Positions 1-9,133 of a stretch of DNA of 52,459 bases are shown here, one piece after another. The stretch lies in the NCBI RefSeq assembly GCF_004010195.1, contig NC_057720.1, positions 485,751-538,209 on the forward strand. The letters are read 5' to 3'. The notes under the pieces are model-generated. The model worked only from the letters and a program-made list of their open reading frames with translations, was not told the DNA's origin and searched no databases. The number at the start of each line of letters is the position of its first letter. The stretch's first letter is position 1. The translations under genes were made by a program, and so were the position numbers. The DNA is from Chiloscyllium plagiosum (Eukaryota).

Positions 1-88
1 ATACACTCTCTCTGATGTACACTGTCCCCCTCTCTCTCCCTCTTATACACTCTCTCTGATGTACACTGTCCCCCTCTCTCTCCCTCTC
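1..88. repeat. 44-bp tandem repeat, 2 copies visible (may continue before the window)
   Basis: ATACACTCTCTCTGATGTACACTGTCCCCCTCTCTCTCCCTCT starts at both 1 and 45. Confidence 0.85.
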
Positions 89-217
89 TCACTCACAGCC
101 CAGCAGTGTAGGCCATTCACTTTGCTCTCCTTCCACCCCTCTCCCTCTCATGTCCTCCCCTCTCCCAATCTCAGTCCACTCCTTCTCCTTCCCACCCTCC
201 TCGCTTCATTCACTCAC

Positions 218-286
218 CTCAATGTTAATAAAAATGACTGCCATTTCTCCAGCCGTTAAAACCCGTCTCAATGGGCAGATGAAATG
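218..286 (-). CDS. VAV3: VAV3-type GEF exon 7 (69 bp), DH domain: HFICPLRRVLTAGEMAVIFINIE
   Basis: Minus strand reads ttcag|CAT...ATT GAG|gtgag, phase 0/0. Aligns to human VAV3 YFMAPLKRFLTAAEFDSVFINIP and continues the frame of exon 6. Confidence 0.9.
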
Positions 287-914
287 CTGAAACATAAAGG
301 GGACAGTTTGGATTTAGCGCCAGGGTCAGCTTCCTGAATCCCTCAGTGCTCCCGGAGTGAAGTGTGAAGTCAGCACTCGATTGGGATCACATCTATTTCC
401 AAATTGTGAGAACTGGAATCTGGAATGTTTGGACATGACTGGATTGTAAAGGATTGATCACGCGATCTCGCAGAGTTGGAAATTCTGAAGGTTGAAGGTG
501 GTCACAGTCCTTTTGCAAAAACAAACCTGCGCCTGAAAAGCTGTGTCCAGCTGCTTTATCGAGAGAGGGAGAGAGAGGTAAGGGCAGTGTTTTATCCCTT
601 TGATTGATGAGCAAACAGACCTGGAGAATCCCTCATGGATCGATGGTGCTTCTCTTTATCACTAGCAGCCTCTAGGCTGATGTACTGGGTGTGTCTTTAG
701 TACACAGCTACTGGAGAGGCTCACAAACACCAACAGTCCTCCCCCTCTCAGTCTGCAAGAGTCAGAGCTTGGAGCTGGCCTGATAACGTTTCAAACATCA
801 GCACTCTGAACCACTTGTCAGCTGAACCTGAAATCGAATTGCAAGATTCCCCAATATTCAGTGAGAGGCAGTGATCACAGCTCACCGACAGTATTCCAAA
901 CACAGGACTGTGAG

Positions 915-1505
915 ATGTCAAAGTGGAGAGAGTGTGGGAGAAACTCAGCAGGTCTGGCAGCATCTGAGGAGCAAGAAATCATAGAATCACACAATCCCTG
1001 TAATGTGGAAGAAGGCCATTTGGCCTATCAAGTTCACACTGACCCTCTGAAGGGCAGCCAGCCCAGACCGACCCCTTCCCTGCACTTTCCATGGCCAATC
1101 CACCCTGACCTGCACATCTTTGGGCTGTGGGAGGAAACTGTAGCACCCGGAGGAAACCCACGCAGACACGGGGAGAATGTGCAAACTCCACACAGTCAGT
1201 CATCCAAGGCTGGAATCGAACCTGGGCCCCTGGCGCTGTGAGGCAGCAGTGTTAACCACTGAGCCACTGTACCACCATGCCTGGGTTTGAGGAAGGGTCC
1301 ATCTGTCTGTGCTGACTGGCAATGTGTGTGTGTGTAGAGAGGAACATTCTCAGTCCCCTGTGATTCTCCATCAGATTCCTCTTGGCCTTTATCCGATGCA
1401 AAACATTAACTCTGTTTCTCTCTCCACAGATGCTGCCAGACCTGCTGAGCTCCTCCAGCATTCCCTGTGTTTGTTTCATATTTCCAGCGTCTGCAGGTTT
1501 TCGCC
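915..1505. mobile_element. Decayed PLE-terminus-like inverted pair (about 915-975 minus, about 1390-1505 plus), interrupted by an HE1 SINE
   Basis: AACTCAGCAGGTCTGGCAGCATCTG near 942 is nearly the reverse complement of CAGATGCTGCCAGACCTGCTGAGCT near 1427. Same family as the 6779-6902 insert. Confidence 0.55.
980..1281 (-). mobile_element. HE1-type tRNA-derived V-SINE
   Basis: Minus strand has an A box (TGGCTCAGTGG), a B box (GGTTCGATTCC), the V-domain TGTGTGGAGTTTGCACATTCTCCCCGTGTCTGCGTGGGTTTCCTCC and a CR1-like tail. Confidence 0.9.
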
Positions 1506-1569
1506 TGTGTGTGGGAAGGCAGTCTATCATTTGCTGTTGTCTGAATTCGCACCGTGGACCTGCAGTGAT

Positions 1570-1660
1570 TGTGTGTGTGTGTGTGTGTGAGAGAGAGGGA
1601 GTGTGTGTGAGTGTGTGTGTACGCGTGTGTGTGTACGCATGTGCGTATACGCACGGGTGT
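1570..1660. repeat. (GT)n/(GA)n compound microsatellite
   Basis: Directly visible TG and GA runs. Confidence 0.9.
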
Positions 1661-1814
1661 TAGGGGTGAAGACAGATGGATTTCAATTGAAACAGCAGTT
1701 TTCAGTTTGTGATTTATTTGAAGATGACATTTGCCTATAATAACGGTGTTAGGGAAGAGCACAAGGGACAGCAGCTGCAGGGGACAACACTGCCATTTCC
1801 TTCCCAGTAAATAC

Positions 1815-1907
1815 CTTCTCAATCGACTCGAGTGTTGCTGTGTATTTCTCCTCCGTCTGTCTGATCTCCAGGAGACAGCAACTCCGGACATCTGTCTCAA
1901 TCTGTTT
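1815..1907 (-). CDS. VAV3: VAV3-type GEF exon 6 (93 bp), start of DH domain: [31 protein letters not shown]
   Basis: gcag|AAA...GAG AAG|gtattt. Matches human VAV3 KCPENDIRSCCLAEIKQTEEKYTETLESIEK, both 31 aa. Confidence 0.95.
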
Positions 1908-2229
1908 CTGCACAAAAGAGAGCCTCATTCACACAACAAAAACCTGCATTCATATAGCACCATTAAAACGGCAAAACATGTACATTGCTGCAGCATTATC
2001 AGGAACAAGAAAACACTGAGCTCAAAAAGGCAGACACAAGCTGCCAAAGAGAGGTCTGACTGAAGAATCATGTCAACGGGGGAGAGGGATGGAGTGTGAG
2101 TGAGAGAGAGGAGGAGAGAGAGAGATAGGTAGATAGAGAGAGCGAGAGAATGTGTATGTGTGTGCAGGATAGACAGTGAGACTGAGTCCGAAGAAATAGA
2201 AATTGAGAAAGCTCAGAATAACAGAATTG

Positions 2230-3016
2230 CAGGAGGTGACAGAGAAAGGAAGTGAAGTAGGAGCTGGAAGAGGTGACAGAGGTAGGGAGGGGTGTAGGGG
2301 CTGGAGGTGGTGACAGAGATAGGGAGGGGGGTGTAGGGGCTGGACGTGACACAGGAATAGAGGGTTTGACTGGTAAAGATAGACCGGAACTTTTTTTTCC
2401 CCACTGGAGCAGGGGAGGCTGAGGGGTGACTGAGGCTTACAAAATCATNNNNNNNNNNNNNNNNNNNNNNNNNNNNNNNNNNNNNNNNNNNNNNNNNNNN
2501 NNNNNNNNNNNNNNNNNNNNNNNNNNNNNNNNNNNNNNNNNNNNNNNNNNNNNNNNNNNNNNNNNNNNNNNNNNNNNNNNNNNNNNNNNNNNNNNNNNNN
2601 NNNNNNNNNNNNNNNNNNNNCAGAGATAGGGAGGGGGTGTAGGGGCTGGAGGAGGTGACAGAGATAGTGAGGGGGTGTAGGGGCTGGAGGAGGTGACAGA
2701 GATAGTGAGGGGGTGTAGGGGCTGGAGGAGGTGACAGAGATAGTGAGGGGGTGTAGGGGCTGGAGGAGGTGACAGAGATAGTGAGGGGGTGTAGGGGCTG
2801 GAGGAGGTGACAGAGATAGTGAGGGGGTGTAGGGGCTGGAGGAGGTGACAGAGATAGTGAGGGGGTGTAGGGGCTGGAGGAGGTGACAGAGATAGTGAGG
2901 GGGTGTAGGGGCTGGAGGAGGTGACAGAGATAGTGAGGGGGTGTAGGGGCTGGAGGAGGTGACAGAGATAGTGAGGGGGTGTAGGGGCTGGAGGAGGTGA
3001 CAGAGATAGGGAGGGG
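2230..3016. repeat. 38-bp G-rich minisatellite (CAGAGATAGTGAGGGGGTGTAGGGGCTGGAGGAGGTGA)
   Basis: Exact 38-bp period from 2621 to 3001 (10 copies plus a partial one). Degenerate copies at about 2230-2360 lie before a short CR1 scrap and an N gap. Confidence 0.95.
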
Positions 3017-3086
3017 TCACTTCCATCCAGAAGCACAAGGAACCCTACCACCTTCAAGTTCCCCTCCAAGCCACTCACCATCCTGA

Positions 3087-3268
3087 GGAGAAAGTGAGGT
3101 CTGCAGATGCTGGAGATCAAAGTTGAAACTTTATTGCTGGAACAGCACAGCAGGTCAGGCAGCATCCAGGGAACAGGAGAAGAAGGGCCTGTGCCCGAAA
3201 CGTCGAATCTCCTGTTCCCTGGATGCTGCCTGACCTGCTGTGCTGTTCCAGCAATAAAGTTTCAACTT
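3087..3268. mobile_element. Short PLE-derived inverted-repeat insertion with 10-bp TSD
   Basis: Perfect 61-bp inverted repeat at 3120-3180 and 3208-3268. TSD ACCATCCTGA at 3077-3086 and 3269-3278. The spacer carries the 3' part of a hammerhead motif (GGGC-CTGT-GCCC-GAAA-CG-TC). Confidence 0.85.
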
Positions 3269-3279
3269 ACCATCCTGAC

Positions 3280-3742
3280 TCAGGGTCACAGACAATGGGG
3301 AAGGAGGAGCCTCATTCTGTTAATTGTACAGCATGGCAGGAGGCCATTTTGGTCATTGGTACTGGGCTTGTTCTTCCAAAGACCTCTGTGTTGGAAAGCA
3401 CTCCCTTCCTTCCCCACAGCCCTGTACCCCGTGATGTCCGTTTCCCTCCATTCCCCCCGGTTCCTGTGTGAAAGTTCTGATGGAATCTGCTCCCACCGCC
3501 CTTTCAGGCAGCACCTTCCAGACCCCAACAACTCACTGTGTACAACAATCCCCCTCCCCTCCCCTCACCCCCTGGGGCTTTTCCCAGATCCCCTTCAATC
3601 TGTCTCCCTCTGCTCCCTCACCCTCCTGCCCCTGGAAACACTTCCTCCTGATTTACTCCATCAAACTCTCTCCATGGTTTTGAACACCTCGATTAAATCC
3701 CCCGGAACCTTCTCTGCTCTGAGGAGAACAATCCCAGCTTCT
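3280..3742 (-). mobile_element. Old CR1 LINE 3' fragment
   Basis: Degenerate reverse complement of the CR1 ORF2 C-terminus (LFSSEQRRFRG..IEVFK-like) and 3' UTR. Confidence 0.6.
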
Positions 3743-3779
3743 CGAAGAGTGAAGAGGAAGGTTGAGACAGGGTTCTTAC

Positions 3780-3888
3780 TGGGGCCTGGACTGCTTCAAT
3801 TTTCATCAGATCTTCATAAACTTCGTCACCTTCATCATCGCCATAAACACAGTCGTAAAGATCCTCATCATCATCAACACTGGCCTCA
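3780..3888 (-). CDS. VAV3: VAV3-type GEF exon 5 (109 bp), acidic region: (D)EASVDDDEDLYDCVYGDDEGDEVYEDLMKIEAVQAP
   Basis: ctcag|T GAG GCC...GCC CCA|gtaag. LYDCVYG.DEG.EVYEDLMK matches VAV3 better than VAV1 or VAV2 and contains the Y160 and Y173 equivalents. Confidence 0.97.
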
Positions 3889-4284
3889 CTGAGAAAACAG
3901 AGAGTCAGGGAGTGAGGGGGAGTGAGAGATGGAGTGAGGTGGGGGGTGTGAGGGAGAGTCACGGGGAGTGAGGGGGAGGTGGGGGGGGGAGAGGAAGTGC
4001 AATGGGGGTGAGGGGAGACTGCATCACTGATCCCGACACAGTGTCAGATCAAACACTCAAAATCCCCAAAACCCTGCCCAACCAAGAAATGCCTGGGAGG
4101 AATTAACATGCCCACAGGATCATCACAAAGTGAATTAAAAGCCCCCCCTTCAAGGTTAAGTCTTAACTTGGACACTATTAAATATCTCTCATATCCATCA
4201 AACATTGCCTTGTGATCATCTTAATTAACCGGAGAGGATAAGGGTAATATCAATCTGAAATGTCAGCACTCATGTACTTCAGGG

Positions 4285-4440
4285 AAATAAACTGCCATCC
4301 TTACCTGGTCTGGCCTACATGTGACTCCAGACCCATAGCAATGTAGTTGACTTGTAACTGCCCTCTGGGCAATTAGGGATGGGCAATAAATGCTGAACTA
4401 GCCAGGGATGCCCTCATCCCATTAGTGAATTTTTAAAAAT
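4285..4440 (+). mobile_element. Second tRNA-derived SINE family (called SINE-B here), 3' half
   Basis: CTGCCATCCTTACCTGGTCTGGCCTACATGTGACTCCAGACCC...GGGCAATTAGGGATGGGCAATAAATGCTG recurs near 13635, 22362 and 41442 and inverted elsewhere. Confidence 0.8.
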
Positions 4441-4442
4441 TC

Positions 4443-4536
4443 TCTGACAGTGCAGCACTCCCTCAGCACTGACCCTCCGGCAGTGCTGCACTCCCTCAGC
4501 ACTGACCCTCTGACAGTGCGGCACTCCCTCAGTACT
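4443..4536 (-). repeat. 33-bp minisatellite, about 3 copies
   Basis: Reverse complement of the GTCAGTGCTGAGGGAGTGCTGCACTGTCAGAGG unit seen at 22548-22897. Confidence 0.85.
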
Positions 4537-5025
4537 ACCTCCACAGGTTCCTGTCAGAGAATTCCACAGGGTCCCACACCCCTCCCTCTTCCCAAATGAA
4601 TTTCTCCACCTCTCAGCCTGTAACGTCCTATCCTATATCCTGGGAATGTGATCCTTGACCTGTCAGAACTGCACATGTTGTAATCGGATAGCCATCGGTC
4701 TTCTGAACTCCAGTCAGACCAGTCTCTGCTCAGGATGTCCTTCCAGCCCCGGTGTTAGCCCAATGACCCTCCACTGCTCTCCTTTTTCTGCCAAATAGAA
4801 CCTTCTTAGGTGAAGGGTCCAAACTGCTCCCAGTCCCACAGTTTACCTGTGTAACGATGAGAGGGCTCCCTTGCTAATCTTTGGAAAAATCGCCAATTCC
4901 ACACAACAATCCTCATGTCCAAGGTTTTCAGTTGTTGACTGAATGGGTATAATTTAGCAAGTCACTGGCTAGTCACAGGTTAGTTACCGGTTCAAAAGCG
5001 CGGCCTCAGGAATCTTTCTACTTAC

Positions 5026-5091
5026 TCGATCAGGTCTGCCAGACTCTTGTAAATGTCCTCATCGTCCACAGCTTGCTCAGTGGGAAACGGC
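5026..5091 (-). CDS. VAV3: VAV3-type GEF exon 4 (66 bp): (R)PFPTEQAVDDEDIYKSLADLI(D)
   Basis: ttcag|G CCG TTT...ATC GA|gtaag, phase 2/2. Matches human RPFPTEESINDEDIYKGLPDLID and contains the first acidic-region tyrosine. Confidence 0.95.
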
Positions 5092-5433
5092 CTGAAAGAG
5101 AACACAGACAGAGTGACCATCACTGCGGGTATGGCAGGGACTGAGCCTGGTGAGAATATGGACAATGTGGGGTACGTTTGGGGACAGAGTGTGTGTGAAT
5201 AAGCTCAGCTTTCTCGAGACGATTGGATCCAGGCAGGGACTGTGTCTCACTATGAAACTGCACGGTCGGGGGTGGGGGGGTCCCAGCGAAGAGGGAGAGC
5301 TTTAAGATTTCGAATGAGATGCAGGGGAAACTTGCTGTCTGTGAAACATCGAATCACAGACTGGGTACAGCATAGGAGGAGCCATACAGCCCAACATGTC
5401 TGTGCTGATGTTGGAAATGGCAACTTAGAATAA

Positions 5434-5783
5434 GAGCAGCATGGTGGCTCAGTGGTTAGCACTGCTGCCTCACAGCGCCAGGGACGCAGGTTCGATTTCA
5501 GCCTCTGGCGACGGTCTGCGTGGAGTTTGCACATTCTCCCAGTGTCTGCGTGGAGGTGCTCTGGTTTCCTCCCATAGTCCAAAAACGTGCAGGTCAGGTG
5601 GATTGGCCATGCTACGTTGCCCATAGTGTCCAGGGATATGTTGGTTAAGTGCATTAGTCTTGGGAAATACAGGTCGATAGAGAATGAGGAATGGGTCTGG
5701 GTGGGATATTCTTTAGAGGGTCAGTGTGGACTTGTTGGGCCAAATGGCCTGTTTCCACACTGTAGGGAATCTATGGTATTCTA
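5434..5783 (+). mobile_element. HE1-type V-SINE, full length, older copy
   Basis: A box TGGCTCAGTGG, B-box-like GGTTCGATTTC, V-domain, and tail GGGCCAAATGGCCTGTTTCCACACTGTAGGGA. Confidence 0.9.
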
Positions 5784-6179
5784 AATTAGATGGGCATTTG
5801 AACAAAGTAAGTTGGAATGGTTACAGGGAATCCTCCAGAAAGGGCTGGAATGGATCTGATTGGCCAAATGGCCTCAATTTGCCCCATACATGTCCCTGCT
5901 TTCTAGGAATAAGGGTTGTATAAGTAGGAGAGGAGTCTGAACAGAGTCAAGAAGGAGACAATATTCGTAATGGTGAAGGATTGAGATTCAGGGAGACAAT
6001 AACAAACTGAACGACACAAACACCAAAGACACCACAAGGTAAAATGTCTCTTACATAGTGACTGTTAAAATATCAGATTGCTTATGTAACATGAAGGATG
6101 TGCTCACTCAGAAACTGGCTTTAATTTGCTTCTCCAATCGCTGTTTCCTAGTAACCAGCTCCATTCCTCTCCCTAGTGA

Positions 6180-6505
6180 CAGACCGAGACTACACTTTGG
6201 TGCTGATGCTCCACCTCCTGTCACTGCACTAAAGGCACTTTCCAATCTCTTGCTATCCCCTCATTCCCACCCCTCCATCGCCAGGAGCCTGCCCTCAGCT
6301 GCTTGGATCCTGAACTCATGAATTTCCTTCCTAACCCCTTCCGCCCCTCCTCCCCCTTCAGTTACCTCTTCCAACTATCTCAAGCTAATGGATGTGCACC
6401 CAGATACATTATAGCAACTCAGTAACAAATCATGTTCAGTGTTTCTCTCCAGCACCTTCACACATTGATGTTGAAGGTGTTATATAAATGCCAGTTGTTG
6501 TTATC
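6180..6505 (+). mobile_element. L2-like LINE 3' end, degraded
   Basis: Ends in AAGGTGTTATATAAATGCCAGTTGTTGTT, an L2/DeuSINE-type tail. Upstream sequence resembles the L2 ORF2 C-terminus. Confidence 0.5.
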
Positions 6506-6778
6506 CATAAGCTAAATCAGGAGACAGTGCTTTCAGGGCAGAGGCCTGGTGTATAGAGGGACACAGATCGAAGGGAAGGGGGTAATGCTCCGGGGTGGGG
6601 TAGATGAGGGGGGTTTTGAAGATGACGATGTGTGTTCTAAAATCTAATGTCATTAGTCAGTGAACAAAGGGGCTGGTGGGGCCGGAGAGCCAGTCAGGAT
6701 GTGGATTCTGAATTTTGGACAGATTTTGCACTCCTTGGAACAGAGCAGGCAGCATCCTGAACATTGACTTCAGTGACA

Positions 6779-6902
6779 AAGGGTCAGTTAGACTTGAAAC
6801 GTCAGCTCTTTTCTCTCCTTACAGATGCTGCCAGACCTGCTGAGATTTTCCAGCATTTTCTCTTTTGGTTTCAGATTCCAGCATCCGCAGTAAATTGCTT
6901 TT
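6779..6902 (+). mobile_element. PLE-terminus-derived short insertion with 16-bp TSD
   Basis: ATTGACTTCAGTGACA at 6763-6778 and ATTGACTCCAGTGACA at 6903-6918. Begins with a truncated hammerhead-like ...GAAACGTC. Confidence 0.75.
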
Positions 6903-6972
6903 ATTGACTCCAGTGACACGTTTTAACATAAATTCCTAAATCCTAATGACAATGTGAGATTTCCAAACTTAC

Positions 6973-7031
6973 CTTATACCTGTACTCTGTGCTATTGCAG
7001 TGTGGGAAAGACTTGACAGTGTGTCGATCAC
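6973..7031 (-). CDS. VAV3: VAV3-type GEF exon 3 (59 bp), end of CH domain: VIDTLSSLSHTAIAQSTGI(R)
   Basis: acag|GTG ATC GAC...ATA AG|gtaag. Matches human VIETLSRLSRTPIALATGIR, and its phase joins exon 4. Confidence 0.95.
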
Positions 7032-7174
7032 CTGTAACAAAGAGATATCATTATCAATCAAGGAATCCGGTCTGGCACACAGAGGGGAGCGAGCGAGTGA
7101 CTGACCTTTGTCCACGTGGAATTGACCAATCAGCCTTAAATCTGCTATAGGGACCATGCTGGAATCCACAGTAC

Positions 7175-8390
7175 TCCATGTGTGATCTAACTAAGCTCCT
7201 ATTTATTGAAGTAAGACTTCACTGCTCCTATCCTCAAATCCTCATGATAAAGGCTAACATTCCATTAAGCTTCCTAAGAACCTGTTATAACTGCATGTTA
7301 GCCTTCAGTGACTTATTGTCAAGGACACCTCGGTTGTTCTGTACAAACTACACTTTCCAACCTCTTACCGTTTTAGGAAGACTCAGCACATCTGTTTCTC
7401 TGATCAAGGTGGATCACCTCACATTTTCCCACATTCTATTCCACCTGCCATGTTCTTCCCCATTCACTAAGCCTCTCCCAATCCTCCTAAAGCAGCTTTA
7501 CATCTTCCCAACATAAACCCCAACTTAGTTTTTGATTATACACGAATTTGGAAACTGGACATTTTGACCTCACTTCCAAATTATTGATAATTATTGTGAA
7601 CAGCTGGGGCCCATGTATTGGTTTTTTGTGTACTCCACTAGTCAAAGACTGAAACCTGGTTCAATAAACTTATTTTATTGGTGTTTTCAACAAGGTTGTA
7701 TCTCATTGAAGTTCAAGTCGACGTAGTAGTAATGTCACTGGCCCAGTAATCCAGAGATCCAGGTTAGCATAAAACCCTTTTCTTAGCTTGATCTTTCTTG
7801 TCACAGAGTTGTTACATACAGGGGGCTAATCGCTCTGCATTAGCTCTTCCCATTACCCAGTGTTAAAGTCCTGCCTTTTCCCCATAGCCCTGCAAACCAT
7901 TACTATTCAAATAATCATCCATTACCCCTCTTGAATGCCTTAGTTGAACCTGCCACCACCTCTCTGCTCTTCTACTCAATGCTCCTATTAATAAAGCTAA
8001 GGACACTGTATGCTTTACTGACTGCTGTCTCCCCCTGCCCTACCACCTTCAATGATCGATGCATCGACCCACAGGTCCCTCTGCTCCTACAATCCCTTTA
8101 CAATTGTAGCCCCTATTTTATTTTGTCTTTTAATGTTCTTCTGACCAAAGTGCATCACCTCACATTTCTTTGCATTGAACCTCATCTGGCCCCTACCCAC
8201 CCACTCCACCAACTGTCAATATCCTTTTGGAATTCAAACTGTTCCCTCAAAGTTTACCATTTCTCCAAGTTTAGTGCCATCTGCAAACTTTGAAATTGCC
8301 TCTGACATGCTGAGATTTTCATATCATTAATACATATCAGGAAAAGTAACAGTCCCAATGCTAATCCCTCGGGAACCCCACAACAAACTT
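7175..8390 (-). mobile_element. Two old CR1 RT/C-terminal fragments (about 7175-7650 and 7840-8390)
   Basis: Degenerate reverse-strand KFADGTKL / NAKKCEVMHFG-like motifs. Confidence 0.6.
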
Positions 8391-8954
8391 GTGAGCTTGT
8401 GTGTATGAAAAGCCAAAGACCACCTCAGGTTTGAAGACGAATAATTATTAATCTTGATTTAAATCTAAGAGGGAATGTTTCTGTGAATCATTTTTAAACA
8501 TTGATTCCCAAATGGGGTTTTGGGAAACACCCCACAAAGTCACTGGAGTTCTGGTACATGTATCTGATCTAGTTAGTATGACAGGTACGCAAGATGATTG
8601 GAAAGGCAGTTGGGATTGTTGCCATTTATTGCAAGGGAAGTGGATTATAAAGAAGGGGAAGTTTGACTCCAGTTCATACAGGCGTACATAACACCATCTC
8701 TATGCTCTCGGAAGGTATCATCAGATTTTTCAGGCTGGAAGGTGAAGTCAAGGTAGGCCATCAAGCTATTAGAGAAAGAGATTTTCTGTTGTGATTGTAA
8801 AGGAGTGTTTTGATGTTAATGAGATTATGTATGTTTAAAGTCTTTCAGTTTCTGTTGCATGTAAATGGATTGGGTTATTCACCTTTTATCTTTATTTTCA
8901 GATAATAAACACCTGTTAAATTGTTAAAATGATATCTGCCACATTGAGGTTCTT

Positions 8955-9130
8955 TTGTTCACAGGATGTGGCCATTGCAAACTGGGCCAGTATTTAGTAT
9001 TTATTCCTATTTGTCCAGATGGCATTGAGAGTCCGTCACATTACCATGGCACTGGACTCAGGTTAGGGCCAAACTGGGAAAAGGCAGCACTTTCCTTCCC
9101 TAAAGGACATTAATGAGCCAGATCGGATGC
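8955..9130 (-). mobile_element. SINE-B fragment
   Basis: Reverse complement of ...TAATGTCCTTTAGGGAAGGAAA... plus a degenerate tail. Confidence 0.6.
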
Positions 9131-9133
9131 TGT

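Noticed and set aside
2437..3165. Pro-rich 242-aa and 197-aa ORFs
   Set aside because: Translations of the 38-bp minisatellite plus an N gap.
3107..3892. 261-aa plus-strand ORF
   Set aside because: Runs through a PLE insert, an antisense CR1 and the antisense of exon 5, with no coherent domain.
6969..7169. 66-aa ORF extending exon 3 upstream
   Set aside because: Only the last 20 residues match Vav. A canonical acceptor sits at 7032-7033 and the rest is intron read-through.
8395..8950. Possible solo-LTR-like sequence (also about 15390-15640)
   Set aside because: I could not identify TG...CA ends, a TSD, a PBS or a PPT.
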